Source: an uncultured delta proteobacterium (GTDB lineage: Bacteria; Desulfobacterota; Binatia; Binatales; Binataceae). From it: DNA of 64,000 bases. Under the pieces are notes generated by a model. The model searched no databases and was not told the origin of the DNA. It saw nothing but the letters and a program-made list of their open reading frames with translations. The stretch spans positions 128,001-192,000 of the forward strand of contig CAVQEQ010000002.1 in assembly GCA_963711565.1 (NCBI GenBank), read 5' to 3'. Positions 1 through 12,500 of this stretch are shown one piece after another; within the stretch, counting starts at the first letter, position 1; each line of letters begins with the position of its first letter. The position numbers and the translations under genes were made by a program.

Positions 1-1144
1 GAATCTCGCTCATGCCCGCCAGGCCGTATCCGGCCACCGCGGGTATCATCGGGCTCAGATCGGCAAGGTTGAAGCTGTTCGAATCGATTTGCGCGCTCAG
101 CGGGTGCGCGCCGCCGCGCGTAAACTTGCTCGCCGTCAAGTCGAGATCGGACAGCTTCAGGTTGACACTCGCCAGCTGGAGCTGGTCGCCCCAGACGCCG
201 TTCGCACTCACCGTCATCGCGGTCCCGGCCGGTTTGCTGAACACGGTGCCGTACGCGACCCGGTTGGCAGTCAGGTCAGTGCTGAGCGCAATTGCGAGCT
301 GGCCGAACGGACCGCGCGCCGTACCGGTCACCGACGCGGCGTCGGGAATCGAGAGCCCTGCCGGAATATTCGATCCGATGTCAGCCAGCGGCCGGAGACT
401 GTCGAGCACGATCGAATCGACCTTCAGATTCAGATCGACGCGGATTGCTGAAGCATCCAGCACGCCCCGATTGAGCAGCGGTCCGACCTTGCCCGACGCC
501 TCGACGTTCTGTGCATCGCCCACAAAGGCGAACTTGGTCTGGACGTCGAACGCGGACGCGGCGTTGAAGCCGGTCACGTCGAAATCCAGGTGATGGACAT
601 GAATCGGCGACGCCTTCTGGCCGAGATCGTTGAAATAGATCGAGCCATCCGCGATGCTGAGCGCCTTAATCGACAAATCAGCCAGCGACGATCGCTGCGC
701 GCGCCCGTGCTCGGGGTTTGCGTTATGCGGCCCGGCGTTCGACCCGATCGTGCTCAGATTCAGGTCGCCCTTCGCGTTCATCACGATCCGGATGTCGGGT
801 TTGCTCAGGTCGAGTTTTGTGACTCTCGCCACGCCGCGCAGCAGCGGGAAAAACTTGACCTCGATCGACACGTCGTCGGCAGCGAGAAACGGCTTGGTCG
901 AAAAGGCCGGATCGTCGGCAATCGTCAGCCCGCTGACCTCGACCGACACGCCCCATCCCATCTGCGCCTGCATCTTCCCGACTGCGACCTGGCGGCCAAG
1001 CTCATGGCTCACGCGCGCGATGATTCGCCCCTCATTGCGCACAACGATCGAACTCAAATTGAAGTACGCGTAAGCGGTCAGCCCGCCCGCGATCAGCCCG
1101 ACCGCCCCAACTGCGATACCAGAGATGAGTAGTATCCTGCGCAA
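1..1144 (-). CDS. AsmA-family protein (N-terminal part; runs off the window edge)
   Basis: Not in the ORF track because it has no stop in the window. Manual translation from TTG at 1144 gives MRRILLISGIAVGAVGLIAGGLTAYAYFNL...LGRQVAVGKMQAQMGWGVSVEVSGLTIADDPAFSTKPFLAADDVSIEVKFFPLLRG...LSKPDIRIV, the typical AsmA N-terminus. Confidence 0.8.
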   Translation of the reverse strand, partial: MRRILLISGIAVGAVGLIAGGLTAYAYFNLSSIVVRNEGRIIARVSHELGRQVAVGKMQAQMGWGVSVEVSGLTIADDPAFSTKPFLAADDVSIEVKFFPLLRGVARVTKLDLSKPDIRIVMNAKGDLNLSTIGSNAGPHNANPEHGRAQRSSLADLSIKALSIADGSIYFNDLGQKASPIHVHHLDFDVTGFNAASAFDVQTKFAFVGDAQNVEASGKVGPLLNRGVLDASAIRVDLNLKVDSIVLDSLRPLADIGSNIPAGLSIPDAASVTGTARGPFGQLAIALSTDLTANRVAYGTVFSKPAGTAMTVSANGVWGDQLQLASVNLKLSDLDLTASKFTRGGAHPLSAQIDSNSFNLADLSPMIPAVAGYGLAGMSEI

Positions 1145-1162
1145 CGATTCCTCCGGCGCGAG

Positions 1163-2590
1163 TCAACTAGCTATCCAAGAAGTACTCCGCGTGAAGTGAT
1201 CGGCGATCACGTTCGCCACGCAGCAGGTCACCTTCTTTGCCGTCGGGATGTGCAGGAACTCGTTGGGGCCGTGCGCGTTGGTGTGAGGTCCCAGCACTCC
1301 CGTGATCAGAAATTGCGACTGCGGGAACCGCTCGCCCAACATCCCCATGAAAGGAATCGTGCCGCCCTCGCCCATGTAAGCAGTTGGCCTGCCGAAGTAG
1401 TCATTCGAGGCCGCGTCGAGGCTGCGCTCGAGCCACGGCGACAGGTCAGGCGCATTCCATCCGCCGGCGCCCCAGTTCGCCTGGAAAGTCACCTTGCATC
1501 CGTACGGCGGATCGTTCTCCAAAATGCTTTTCAGCTTTCGCGACGCTACTTTCGGATCGACCGTCGGCGGCAGCCTGAGCGACAAACTCACCGCCGTGCC
1601 CGGGCGCAGCACGTTGCCCGCGTTGCCGGTGCTCGGCAGGCCGTCAGCGCCGATGATCGAGAGCGCGGGACGCCACGCGCGGTTGAGGATTAGCTCCGTC
1701 GTATCTTTGCTGATCGGACGCGTGTGATCGATGAACGGGAACTTCGCGTAGATGTCGTCGCCGAGCACCTCTGCCGTTGCGGCTGCCTGCTTGAGGCGCG
1801 CGTCGGGAATCGTCGCGTAAAATTCCGGCGCGAGCACTTTGCCTGTGGCCTCGTCCTCGACGCGGCTGATCAACTGGCGCACGATGCGGAAGCTGTCGGG
1901 CACGACTCCGCCGGCGTCGCCCGAATGCACTCCCTCGGTGAGCACCTCGACCTGGAGCCGTCCGCCAACGAGGCCGCGCAGCGATGTTGTCAACCAAAGC
2001 TGGTCGTAATTTCCGCATCCCGAGTCCAGTGCGATGCACAAGCTCGGCTGCCCGATGCGGGGCGCCAGATGCTCTATATAATGAGGCAGATCGAAGCTGC
2101 CGCTTTCCTCGCACGCCTCGATGACGACGACGCATCGCGCATGCTTGATCGAGGTCGCCTGCAGCGCGCCGATCGCGCCGAGGCAGGAGAACATCGCGTA
2201 GCCGTCGTCGGCACTGCCGCGGCCGTATAAACGATCGCCCTCAATCACCGGCTGCCACGGCCCCAGCCCTTCGCGCCATCCCGACATCTCGGGCTGCTTG
2301 TCCAGGTGCCCGTAAAGCAGCACGCAATCTTTCGAGTCGCCGGGGATTTCCATGAACAGCAGCGGCGTGCGGCCTTCGAGGCGCACGACTTCCAGCTTCA
2401 TGCCGAGTATCGGCTGACGGCGCGCCCAATCCTCGAAGCGCGCGACGACGCGGTCCATGTGGCCGTGCGTTTTCCAATCGCGATCGAAGGCGACTGACTT
2501 GTTGGGGATGCGAATATACTCGACCAACTCGGCGACGATGGATTCGTCCCAAAGCCGCTCGACGTGAGTTCGGATCGCTGACGTGTCCAT
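1163..2590 (-). CDS. M20-family metallopeptidase/dipeptidase
   Basis: YGHLDKQP, GRGSADD, EACEESGS, GVHSG and NAHGPNE metal-binding motifs. Confidence 0.9.
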   Translation of the reverse strand: MDTSAIRTHVERLWDESIVAELVEYIRIPNKSVAFDRDWKTHGHMDRVVARFEDWARRQPILGMKLEVVRLEGRTPLLFMEIPGDSKDCVLLYGHLDKQPEMSGWREGLGPWQPVIEGDRLYGRGSADDGYAMFSCLGAIGALQATSIKHARCVVVIEACEESGSFDLPHYIEHLAPRIGQPSLCIALDSGCGNYDQLWLTTSLRGLVGGRLQVEVLTEGVHSGDAGGVVPDSFRIVRQLISRVEDEATGKVLAPEFYATIPDARLKQAAATAEVLGDDIYAKFPFIDHTRPISKDTTELILNRAWRPALSIIGADGLPSTGNAGNVLRPGTAVSLSLRLPPTVDPKVASRKLKSILENDPPYGCKVTFQANWGAGGWNAPDLSPWLERSLDAASNDYFGRPTAYMGEGGTIPFMGMLGERFPQSQFLITGVLGPHTNAHGPNEFLHIPTAKKVTCCVANVIADHFTRSTSWIAS

Positions 2591-2674
2591 GATCCGAGCC
2601 TACGCGAGATGAGTGGCGATTGGCAAAATGTCGATTCGGCTACGCCGTTCCAATACAAACGGGGAGGCCAACCG

Positions 2675-3916
2675 ATGGATGACTCGCCCGCGACCGCAAA
2701 TTCAAGCGCCCTCTCGCATCGCGACTTTCGCCGCTATCTGGGCGCGGCCTTCCTCGCGATTCTCGCCACGCAGATTCAGTCGGTCGCCGTGGGCTGGCAG
2801 GTTTACAGCATCGCGCGGACCCCGCTCGCGCTCGGCTACGTCGGGCTGTTCCAATTTTTGCCGATGATGGCGTGCACGATTCCCGCCGGGCACATGGCGG
2901 ATCGCTTCGACCGGCGGCTAATCCTCGTGATCAGCAATTTCTGCTCCGCGATTGCGGCCGGCTGTTTTCTGACGCTCGCGCTGACGAGGACTACCGTCAT
3001 CTGGCCGTTTTACGCGGTGCTCGTGATATTCGGGGCATCGCGCGCCTTTGCGGGACCGGCCTCGCAGTCTCTCGTGCCGTTGCTGGTCCCGCAGGATCAA
3101 TTTCCTCAAGCCGTCGCGTGGGCCTCTTCGACTTCGCAGGTGGCCGTGATCGCGGGGCCGGCGATCGGCGGAGCGATCTACATTCTCGGTCCGGCGGTGG
3201 ACTACGGCGTCTGCCTGATCCTGTTCGCGACTGTCGCAATCGTAATGATGGGGATCCGGAGCCGCGGCATGCGCTACGAGGCGGAGGCCGACACGACAGC
3301 GTTCGAGCGCATCACGGCGGGGATTGCGTACGTGTGGCGCAAGCCGCTCATCCTCGGCGCGTTCTCGCTGGATTTATTCGCGGTGCTGCTCGGCGGAGCG
3401 ACTGCATTGCTGCCGGTATATGCGCGCGACATTTTGCACGTCGGACCGCTCGGGCTGGGTGTATTGCGCAGCGCGCCGGCACTTGGAGCTGCGATGCTTG
3501 GGTTGGCGCTCGGACAGCAGGCGCTGCAGCGCCGCGCGGGACTCGCGATGTTCGCGTGCGTCGCGATTTTCGGCGTTGCGACGATCGTCTTCGGCTTGTC
3601 GGAGAACTTTGCGCTATCGATTGGCGCGCTGTTCGTGATGGGCGCGTCGGACATGGTGAGCGTTTACGTGCGCACCACACTCACACAGCTTGCGACGCCC
3701 GATGCGATGCGCGGGCGCGTGAGCGCGGTGAACCGGCTGTTCGTCGGCGCGTCGAACGAGCTGGGCGAGTTCGAATCGGGCGTCACCGCGACATGGTTCG
3801 GCACGGTGCCTGCGGTGGTGATCGGCGGCGTCGGCACGCTGGTCATCGTCGCTGTTTGGTATCGGCTGTTTCCGAGCCTGCGCGAAGTGGATCGGCTGTC
3901 AGAAGTGACGCCGTGA
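2675..3916 (+). CDS. MFS transporter (EntS/DHA3-like)
   Basis: About 12 hydrophobic segments, GHMADRFDRR motif A and TPDAMRGRV; start placed at MDDSP. Confidence 0.88.
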   Translation: MDDSPATANSSALSHRDFRRYLGAAFLAILATQIQSVAVGWQVYSIARTPLALGYVGLFQFLPMMACTIPAGHMADRFDRRLILVISNFCSAIAAGCFLTLALTRTTVIWPFYAVLVIFGASRAFAGPASQSLVPLLVPQDQFPQAVAWASSTSQVAVIAGPAIGGAIYILGPAVDYGVCLILFATVAIVMMGIRSRGMRYEAEADTTAFERITAGIAYVWRKPLILGAFSLDLFAVLLGGATALLPVYARDILHVGPLGLGVLRSAPALGAAMLGLALGQQALQRRAGLAMFACVAIFGVATIVFGLSENFALSIGALFVMGASDMVSVYVRTTLTQLATPDAMRGRVSAVNRLFVGASNELGEFESGVTATWFGTVPAVVIGGVGTLVIVAVWYRLFPSLREVDRLSEVTP

Positions 3917-3917
3917 A

Positions 3918-4397
3918 TCAGCTCATGCACTCGATCAGCAGATTTAATGCCGCTGCGGAGAATGTGCGCATGTTGGCGACGCGGTCGGAGCTGCCGGTCT
4001 CGCAGGTCGTCGAGCGCTCGACGGGGCCGGCGACTGCGATGCAACTGTGGCCGGCCGCGTCGCCGTAGCGATTGCCGGTGGGGCCGCTTGCGCCTATCTC
4101 CGCGATGCTCCAGGTGACTGCGAAGCGCGTGCGCGCCGCGCGCGCGAGAATCATTGCGCCTTCTTCGGTGACCGATTTGATTCCCGCGAATGCGGAATCG
4201 GGTACGTCGAGCATCGCGCGCCGCGCTTTGAGCGTGTAAACGACGGCGCCGCCGATGAAGTACGCCGACGCGCCGGGGACGCTCAGCAGCGCGGCCGATA
4301 TAAGACCTCCCGTACTCGACTCGGCGACCGCGACGTTCTCGCGCCGCTGTTTGAGCATCACGGCGATTTTTTCGGCGAGCGGAATCAGATCATGCAT
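3918..4397 (-). CDS. CinA C-terminal/PncC-like NMN deamidase
   Basis: VAVAESSTGGLISAALLSVPGASAYFIGGAVVY signature. Confidence 0.85.
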   Translation of the reverse strand: MHDLIPLAEKIAVMLKQRRENVAVAESSTGGLISAALLSVPGASAYFIGGAVVYTLKARRAMLDVPDSAFAGIKSVTEEGAMILARAARTRFAVTWSIAEIGASGPTGNRYGDAAGHSCIAVAGPVERSTTCETGSSDRVANMRTFSAAALNLLIECMS

Positions 4398-4431
4398 GTG
4401 CGCCTCTTCGAGATCCGAAATCGACGCAATG

Positions 4432-5061
4432 TTATCGCGCACCGCATCCGTCGAGAAAGATCGACGTGATAAAATCGGCAGCGCGGTCGGGCGTCGTGTA
4501 CTCGCGCCCGTAGCGATTGATGCCGCGCACCATGCCGAGCAGCGATTCGGCGGCGATGCGCGTGTCGAGGCCGGGCCTCATCGTGCCACGCTTGATGGCG
4601 TCGTCGAGCACTCCGCTGATCAATCGCGACAAGTCATTGCGCTGCGCCCGATACTGGCGTTCCTGCGATGGCGGCAGCGCCTTGGGATCGCGCAGCAGGG
4701 CGAAGAACTGGCGGCGGGTCCAGAAGAATGCGACCGTGTGGCGCGCGATGGCGGCGACTTGCGCGCGAATCGAGCTGCATCCCGGCAGCGCCGCGCGAAT
4801 TTCGCGCTGCAGTTCCGCGAACCCATCGATTACCGCGGCCGCGTAGAGCTCCTCTTTCGATTTGAATTGACGGTAAACGCTGCCCTTGCCGACGCCGGCG
4901 TGCGCGGCGACCTCGTCGATCAACACCAGATCGAATTCCCTTTCGGCGAAGAGTTCGGTGGCGCTTCGGAGTATCCTTTCACGCAGGAACGGCGTGGACG
5001 GCCTGCCGCGGCCGTCTTTGCGGCGAATCGGCGGTGAAATAAACTGTCTCCTGACGCTCAA
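4432..5061 (-). CDS. TetR/AcrR-family regulator, divergent from mdtABC
   Basis: HTH IDEVAAHAGVGKGSVYRQFKSKEEL. Confidence 0.9.
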   Translation of the reverse strand: MSVRRQFISPPIRRKDGRGRPSTPFLRERILRSATELFAEREFDLVLIDEVAAHAGVGKGSVYRQFKSKEELYAAAVIDGFAELQREIRAALPGCSSIRAQVAAIARHTVAFFWTRRQFFALLRDPKALPPSQERQYRAQRNDLSRLISGVLDDAIKRGTMRPGLDTRIAAESLLGMVRGINRYGREYTTPDRAADFITSIFLDGCGAR

Positions 5062-5141
5062 AATCGGTAACCCGGATTCATCTGATTCGTAGATTCGTAG
5101 TCAGCCTGGTTTATCGGCCGCCGCAGCCAGCATATCCGAAA

Positions 5142-5161
5142 TATGGACTGGCGGGTCCATA
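5142..5161. promoter_or_regulatory. Candidate TetR operator TATGGAC-N6-GTCCATA
   Basis: Perfect 7-bp inverted repeat in the tetR/mdtA divergent gap, overlapping a CATAAT -10-like hexamer at 5158-5163. Confidence 0.55.
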
Positions 5162-5221
5162 ATTGCAACAATAGACGCCGAACCGGCTTGGGCTGGTTTG
5201 GAGATAGGTGCTACGGAGAAC

Positions 5222-6466
5222 ATGATGGATTCAGACGCCCCGACGACCGGAAAACCCAACGCCTCTCGATTTGTGCAGGATGCCGAAGTGCCCAGTCTGC
5301 TCGACAAGGTTATGCAACGATGGCGTATGTGGCTGGTCGTGCTGGCCGTCGCGATAATTGGAATTTACTATTTGACCGGACGCAGCAGCACCGATTCCGC
5401 CGCGATGGCTCCGGCGGTGCATCCGATCATCCCGGTCGCGGCGGCGCCGGCGAAGCGCGGCGATTTGGAACAGTACATCTCCGCGATCGGAACGGTGACG
5501 GCGTACAACACGGTCACGGTCAAAAGCCGGGTCGATGGACAGCTCGACAAGGTGAATTTTACCGAGGGGCAAATCGTAAAGGCCGGCGATCTGCTGGCTG
5601 AGATCGATCCGCGTCCGTACCAGGTCGAGCTCACGCAGGCCGAGGGCACGCTTGCGAAAGATCTGTCGAATCTCGAGAACAACAAGATACTGCTCGCGCG
5701 CGACAAAGAACTATACGAGCAGAAGATCATCGCGCGTCAGGATCTCGACAACCAGCAAGCGCTGGTCGGACAGTACGCCGGCTCGATCGAAAGCGACAAG
5801 GGCGCGGTGGATAACGCCAAGTTGCAGCTCGTTTACAGCCGCATCACTTCGCCGATCACGGGCAGGGTCGGGCTGCGCTTGGTGGACCCCGGCAATATCA
5901 TTCATGCGACGGATGCGACGGGTCTCGTGGTGATCACGCAGTTGCAGCCGATCGCGGTTGATTTCAGCATCCCCGAGGACGATCTGCCGAGCCTCGAGAC
6001 CGCGATGAAGGCCACTCCCCAATTGCCTGTCACCGCTTACGACCGCGACTTCAAGCATCAACTCGCCGAGGGAGTGCTGCTCACGACCGACAATCAGATC
6101 GATCAGTCCACCGGCACGATCAAGCTGAAGGCGTCGTTTCCCAACCTCGACAATTCGCTGTTTCCGAATCAGTTCGTCAACGCGAAGCTGCTGATCAACA
6201 CGATTCCGAACGCGACCCTGATCCCGGCGGCTGGACTCCAGCGCAGCCAGCAAGGCGCGTTCGTCTATGTCATCAAGCCTGATTTTACCGTCGAGATGCG
6301 CCCGGTGACGGTGCAGGCGACGCAGGGCGAAGTGATCGCGATAAGCAAGGGTCTTCAGGTCGGCGACCTGGTCGTCACCGACGGGGTGGACAAGCTGCAG
6401 CAAGGATCGCGCGTCAGCGTGCAGAACGCCGCTACTCCGTCCACGAGCGCGAGCAACGGACCGTGA
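5222..6466 (+). CDS. mdtA: RND efflux membrane fusion protein, MdtA/MuxA family
   Basis: N-terminal TM segment, [27 protein letters not shown] and [15 protein letters not shown]; start could be 5198-5225. Confidence 0.9.
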   Translation: MMDSDAPTTGKPNASRFVQDAEVPSLLDKVMQRWRMWLVVLAVAIIGIYYLTGRSSTDSAAMAPAVHPIIPVAAAPAKRGDLEQYISAIGTVTAYNTVTVKSRVDGQLDKVNFTEGQIVKAGDLLAEIDPRPYQVELTQAEGTLAKDLSNLENNKILLARDKELYEQKIIARQDLDNQQALVGQYAGSIESDKGAVDNAKLQLVYSRITSPITGRVGLRLVDPGNIIHATDATGLVVITQLQPIAVDFSIPEDDLPSLETAMKATPQLPVTAYDRDFKHQLAEGVLLTTDNQIDQSTGTIKLKASFPNLDNSLFPNQFVNAKLLINTIPNATLIPAAGLQRSQQGAFVYVIKPDFTVEMRPVTVQATQGEVIAISKGLQVGDLVVTDGVDKLQQGSRVSVQNAATPSTSASNGP

Positions 6467-9400
6467 ATCTTTCGCGCCCCTTCATACTGCGGCCGGTCGC
6501 GACTTCTCTGCTGATGGTCGGGCTGTTGCTGGCGGGACTGGTCGCCTATGGGCAACTGCCGGTGTCGGCGTTGCCGCAGGTGGACTATCCGACGATCCAG
6601 GTGATGACGTTCTATCCCGGCGGCAGTCCGGACGTGATGGCGTCATCGGTAACGGCGCCGCTCGAACGGCAATTCGGCGAAGTCCCGGGGCTTACGCAGA
6701 TGACCTCGAACAGCTCGTTCGGCAGTTCGGTCATCACGCTGCAGTTCGATCTCAACTTGAGCATCGACGTGGCCGAGCAGGAAGTGCAGGCGGCGATCAA
6801 CGCAGCCGCGACTTACCTGCCGACCGATCTTCCGAATCCGCCCGTTTACAGCAAGACCAACCCGGCCGACACGCCGATCCTGACGCTGGCGCTCACCTCC
6901 AGGGAACTGCCGCTGGACCAGGTCGAAGATCTGGCCGATACGCGGCTGGCGGAGAAGATCTCGCAGCTGCCCGGCGTAGGCCTGGTGAGCATCGGCGGCG
7001 GCCAGAAACCTTCGGTTCGCGTGCAGGCTAATCCGACCTCGCTGGCGTCGTACGGAATGACGCTCGAGGACCTGCGCACCGCGATCGCAAACGCCAACGT
7101 CGATGAGGCCAAGGGCAACTTCGACGGCAGGCAACAGGCGTACACGATAGGCGCGAACGATCAGCTTTTGACAGCGAAGGACTACATGCCACTGATCGTC
7201 TCGTATCACAACGGCGCGCCGGTCAAGCTTTCCGACGTCGCGGTCGCGATCGACGACGCCGAAAACGTCAAGGCGGCGGCGTGGATGAATCTGACGCCGG
7301 CCGTGATCGTCAACGTTCAGCGCCAGCCCGGCGCCAACATCATCGCCGTCGTGGACCGCATCAAGAAGCTGATGCCGCGCCTGCAGGCCTCGCTGCCCTC
7401 GTCGGTGAAGGTCGAGATCCTCACCGATCGCACCACCACGATTCGCGCATCGGTGCAGGATGTCGAGTTCGAGCTGATGCTGACAGTGGCGCTGGTCGTG
7501 ATGGTTATCTTTCTGTTTCTGCGCAGCCTGTCGGCGACGATTATCCCCAGCATCGCGGTCCCGCTCTCGCTGATCGGGACGTTCGGCGTGATGTACCTGC
7601 TCGGCTACAGCCTGGACAACCTGTCGCTGATGGCGCTCACGATTTCGACCGGCTTCGTGGTTGACGACGCGATCGTGATGATCGAAAACATCTCGCGCTT
7701 CATCGAGGAAGGCGACAAGCCGCTGGACGCCGCGCTCAAGGGGGCAGAACAGATCGGATTCACAATTTTGTCGCTGACCGTCTCGCTGATCGCGGTGCTG
7801 ATCCCGCTGCTGTTCATGGGCGACATCGTCGGCCGCTTGTTCCGCGAGTTCGCGGTCACGCTGGCGGTGACGATCCTGATGTCGGCGGTCGTCTCGCTGA
7901 CGCTGACGCCGATGATGAGCGCGAAGCTGCTGAAGCATACGCCCGAGAATCAGCAGACCTGGTTCTATCGCAAGTCGGAAAAGGTGTTCGAAGACACGAT
8001 CGCGTTTTACGGCCGCACGCTCGAATGGGTGCTCGAACACGAATGGGAAACGCTGATGGTCGCGATCGCCACGCTGGTGTTGACCATAGTGCTCTACATC
8101 GTCGTGCCCAAGGGCTTCTTTCCGGTGCAGGACACCGGCGTTATCCAGGGCGTTTCCGAAGCGCCGCAGAACGTGTCGTTTGCCTCGATGGTGCGCGGCC
8201 AGCAGGAGCTGGCGCGGATCATTTTGCAGGACCCGGCGGTCGAGAGCCTCTCGTCGTTCGTCGGCATCGACGGCACCAACATCACCGTCAACAGCGGCCG
8301 CATCCTGATCAATCTGAAGCCGCTCGATGTGCGCAAGGTGGATATCACCACCGTGATCAACCGCCTCGCGCCGAAGCTGGCGGCGGTTAACGGGATTACG
8401 CTGTACATGCAGCCGGTGCAGGATCTCACGGTCGAAGATCGCGTGAGCCGGACGCAGTATCAGTACAGCCTCGAAGATCCGAGCGGCGACGAATTGAATC
8501 TGTGGACGAAGAGACTGGTCGATAAACTCAAGACGCTGCCCGCCTTGCGCAACGTCGCGACCGACCAGCAGAACGAGGGCTGGGAGGAGCATATCGTCAT
8601 CGATCGGCTGACGGCGTCGCGACTCGGGATCACGCCGAATCTGATCGACCAGACCTTGTACGACGCCTTCGGCCAGCGGCAGGTCTCGACGATTTTCACC
8701 CAGCTGAACCAGTATCACGTGGTGCTCGAAGTAGCGCCGCAGTTCCAGCGTAATCCGCACGCGCTCGACGACATCTATATCCGCTCGAACACCGGCGGCG
8801 AGGTGCCGCTGAGCGCCTTCACTCACTTCGAGCCGGGCGCGACGCCGCTGGCCGTCAACCACGAGGGCCAATTTCCCGCCGTCACTATCTCGTTCGATCT
8901 CGCGCCGGGCTACTCGCTGGGCGACGCGGTCACCGCGATCGATCAGGCGCGCGAGCAAATCGGGATGCCGGCCAGCATCGCGGCTTCATTCCAGGGCACC
9001 GCCGCCGCCTTCCGCGCGTCGTTGAAGAACGAGCCGCTGCTGATTCTTGCGGCGCTGGTCACTGTGTATATCGTGCTCGGAGTTCTCTATGAGAGTTACA
9101 TCCATCCGGTCACGATTCTCTCGACCCTGCCGTCGGCGGGCGTCGGCGCAATCCTGGCGCTGATGATCTGCGGTCAGGATCTGAACGTGATCGCCCTCAT
9201 CGGCATCATCCTGCTGATAGGTATCGTCAAGAAAAACGCAATCATGATGATCGACTTCGCGCTTGAAGCGCAGCGCAAGGACGGCAAACCGCCGCACGAG
9301 GCGATCTTCCAGGCCTGCCTGCTCCGCTTCCGGCCGATCATGATGACCACGATGGCGGCATTGCTCGGCGGCTTGCCGCTCGCGCTCGGAACGGGAGTCG

Positions 9401-9579
9401 GCTCCGAGTTGCGTCGTCCGCTCGGTATCGCAATCGTCGGCGGCTTGCTGGTGAGCCAGGTGCTCACGCTGTACACGACGCCGGTAATTTTCCTCACCTT
9501 CGATCGCATGGCGACGCGAGTTGCGCGGTGGCGCGCGGGCGATGCGATTCGGGAGACCATTCCAGCCCAGGCGTCATGA
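6463..9579 (+). CDS. mdtB: RND efflux permease MdtB/MuxB
   Basis: [32 protein letters not shown] and [15 protein letters not shown]; GTGA overlap with mdtA. Confidence 0.92.
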   Translation: MNLSRPFILRPVATSLLMVGLLLAGLVAYGQLPVSALPQVDYPTIQVMTFYPGGSPDVMASSVTAPLERQFGEVPGLTQMTSNSSFGSSVITLQFDLNLSIDVAEQEVQAAINAAATYLPTDLPNPPVYSKTNPADTPILTLALTSRELPLDQVEDLADTRLAEKISQLPGVGLVSIGGGQKPSVRVQANPTSLASYGMTLEDLRTAIANANVDEAKGNFDGRQQAYTIGANDQLLTAKDYMPLIVSYHNGAPVKLSDVAVAIDDAENVKAAAWMNLTPAVIVNVQRQPGANIIAVVDRIKKLMPRLQASLPSSVKVEILTDRTTTIRASVQDVEFELMLTVALVVMVIFLFLRSLSATIIPSIAVPLSLIGTFGVMYLLGYSLDNLSLMALTISTGFVVDDAIVMIENISRFIEEGDKPLDAALKGAEQIGFTILSLTVSLIAVLIPLLFMGDIVGRLFREFAVTLAVTILMSAVVSLTLTPMMSAKLLKHTPENQQTWFYRKSEKVFEDTIAFYGRTLEWVLEHEWETLMVAIATLVLTIVLYIVVPKGFFPVQDTGVIQGVSEAPQNVSFASMVRGQQELARIILQDPAVESLSSFVGIDGTNITVNSGRILINLKPLDVRKVDITTVINRLAPKLAAVNGITLYMQPVQDLTVEDRVSRTQYQYSLEDPSGDELNLWTKRLVDKLKTLPALRNVATDQQNEGWEEHIVIDRLTASRLGITPNLIDQTLYDAFGQRQVSTIFTQLNQYHVVLEVAPQFQRNPHALDDIYIRSNTGGEVPLSAFTHFEPGATPLAVNHEGQFPAVTISFDLAPGYSLGDAVTAIDQAREQIGMPASIAASFQGTAAAFRASLKNEPLLILAALVTVYIVLGVLYESYIHPVTILSTLPSAGVGAILALMICGQDLNVIALIGIILLIGIVKKNAIMMIDFALEAQRKDGKPPHEAIFQACLLRFRPIMMTTMAALLGGLPLALGTGVGSELRRPLGIAIVGGLLVSQVLTLYTTPVIFLTFDRMATRVARWRAGDAIRETIPAQAS

Positions 9580-12500
9580 TTTCCGAAGTCTTCATAAGGA
9601 AGCCGGTCGCCACCACGCTGCTGACTATCGCACTCGCGCTCGCCGGCATTATCGCGTTCCGGCTGCTGCCGGTTGCGCCGTTGCCGCAGGTCGAGTTCCC
9701 GACTATCCAGGTCCAGGCCCAGTTGCCCGGCGCGAGTCCGGAGACGATGGCTTCTTCCGTCGCGACCCCGCTCGAGCGCCAGTTTGGCCGTATCGCGGGC
9801 CTGACGGAACTGACCTCAACCAGCTATCTCGGCGCCACCAGCATCGTTTTGCAATTCGACTTGAACCGCGATATCGACGCGGCCGCGCGCGACACGCAGG
9901 CCGCCATCAACGCCGCGGCCGGGCAACTGCCGACAACTCTGCCGAGCAAGCCGACCTATCGAAAGGTCAATCCCGCCGATGCGCCGATCATGATTCTCGG
10001 CCTGACCTCTGACGCCGTGCGTCCCGGACTGATGTACGACGCGGCTGATTCAATCCTCGAGCAGAAGCTTTCGCAAATCGATGGCGTCGGCCAGGTACTT
10101 GTCGGTGGCAGCGCGCTGCCCGGTGTCCGCGTCGAGCTGAATCCTACCCAGATGAGTAACCTCGGCGTAGGTCTCGAGGACGTGCGAACCGTCCTCGCCA
10201 ACGCCAATGCGAACCGGCCCAAGGGCGAAGTTGCGAACGATAACCAGACGTGGGGGCTGAGCACCACCGATCAGCTGCTCAAGGCCGAGGACTACCAGCC
10301 GCTGATCGTTCACTATCACAATGGCGCCGCGGTTCAGCTCTCCGATATCGGATTGGTAAGGGATTCAGTCGAGAACGTCCGCGCCGCGGGAATGGTCGAC
10401 GGCAAGATCGCCGTCCTGGTCATCATCTTCCGCCAGCCCGGCGCGAACATCATCGATACGGTCGATCGAATCTACGCCGCGTTGCCCCAGTTGAAGGCCT
10501 CGATCCCCGCCGCGATCGACCTTACCGTGGTCCTGGACCGCACCACCACCATCCGGGCCTCGGTGCACGACGTCGAATTCACGATGCTGGTCTCGATCGC
10601 ACTCGTGATCATGGTGGTGTTCCTGTTCCTGCGAAACCTGCGCGCCACGATGATTCCGGGTGTCGTCGTTCCGCTCTCGCTGATCGGAACCTTCGGCATC
10701 ATGTACCTGCTCGGGTACAGCCTCGACAACCTCTCGCTGATGGCGCTGACGATCTGCACCGGCTTCGTGGTTGACGACGCGATCGTCGTCATTGAAAACA
10801 TTTCCCGCTACCGCGAACAGGGAATGCCGCCGCTCGAAGCCGCGATCAAGGGTGCCGCGGGCATCGGCTTCACGGTGATTTCGATCAGCGTCTCACTGGT
10901 CGCGGTCTTCATTCCGATTTTGTTGATGGCCGGAATCGTCGGCCGCCTGTTCCGCGAGTTCGCGGTCACGTTGTCGGCTGCCGTCCTGGTTTCATTGGTC
11001 ATCTCGCTCACCACCACGCCGATGATGGCCGCGCACCTGCTCAAGCCGCACGACCAGGAGAAACATAATCGCTGGTACGTGGCGAGCGAGAGCTTTTTCA
11101 AGTGGCTGCTCGACCATTACGAAAGCAGCCTGTTGTGGGTTCTCGATCATCAGCCGTTCACCCTGATGGTCTTCCTGGTGACGCTCGGGCTGAGCATTTA
11201 TCTCTTCAAGGTCGTGCCCAAAGGATTCTTCCCGCAGCAGGATACCGGCCGCCTGATGGGCGCGGTGCAGGCCGATCAGGACACTTCATTCCAGGCGATG
11301 AAGGAGCGGCTTAGCGAACTGGTCGCCGCCATTGACAAGGACCCGGCCGTCGAGAACGTCATCGCATTCACCGGCGGCAATGGCGCAACCAATACCGCGA
11401 ACATGTACATCAGCTTGACGCCCCTGAGCCAGCGCAAGATCAGCGCCGACCTGGTCATCGGGCGCATCCGCAAGGAGGTCGCCCACGTCCCCGGCGTCAA
11501 TTTGTATATGCAGGCGGTTCAGGATCTGCGGATCGGCGGCAGATCGAGCAACGCGCAGTATCAGTTCACCCTGCAGAGCGACGACCTAAATGAGCTCAAC
11601 CAATGGGCGCCGAAGGTGCTCAAGAAATTGCGCACCGTCCACATTCTCACCAACGTCAGCAGCGACCAGCAGAATAGCGGGCTTGAATCCAACGTCGTCG
11701 TCGATCGCGATACCGCGTCGCGGCTCGGACTCTCGCAGCAGGCGATCGACGATACGCTTTATGACGCGTTCGGCCAGCGGCAGGTCTCCACGATGTACAC
11801 GCCGCTGAATCAGTACCATGTTGTGATGGAAGTCGCGCCGCAGTTCTGGCAGAACCCCGAGTCGCTCGACCAGATCCACGTGATGTCCAGCGCCGGGCAG
11901 CTGGTCAAGCTCAGCGCCTTCACTCACTTCGCGAACGATACGACCGCGCTCGCCGTCAATCACACAGGTCAATTCCCGAGTGTGACGATCTCGTTCAACC
12001 TGGCACCGGGAATTGCGCTTGGCGATGCGGTTGACGCGATCTCGCAGGCCGAGGCGGAGATTCACCTGCCCGCCGGCATCCGCGGCACCTTCCAGGGCAC
12101 TGCGCAGGCGTTCCAGGACTCGCTCAGCAACGAAGGTTTCCTGGTAGCCTTCGCACTCTTCGCGGTGTACATCGTGCTCGGCATTCTCTACGAAAGTTAC
12201 ATCCATCCGATCACGATTCTCTCGACACTGCCGTCGGCTGGCGTCGGCGCAATTCTCGCACTGCTGCTATTCCATATCGATCTGAGCGTGATTGCGCTGA
12301 TCGGAATCATCCTGCTGATAGGCATCGTCAAGAAAAACGCGATCATGATGATCGACTTCGCGCTCGAAGCTCAGCGCGGCGAGGGCAAGTCGCCGCACGA
12401 CGCGATCTACGAGGCGTGCGTGCTGCGCTTTCGCCCGATCATGATGACCACGATGGCCGCGATGCTCGGCGGCCTGCCGCTCGCGCTGGGCAACGGCGTG

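Noticed and set aside
6643-8958. 771-aa antisense ORF, and similar ones at 26457-28316, 55419-56705 and 59768-60871
   Set aside because: Shadow ORFs opposite well-supported genes, expected in high-GC DNA; no recognisable motifs
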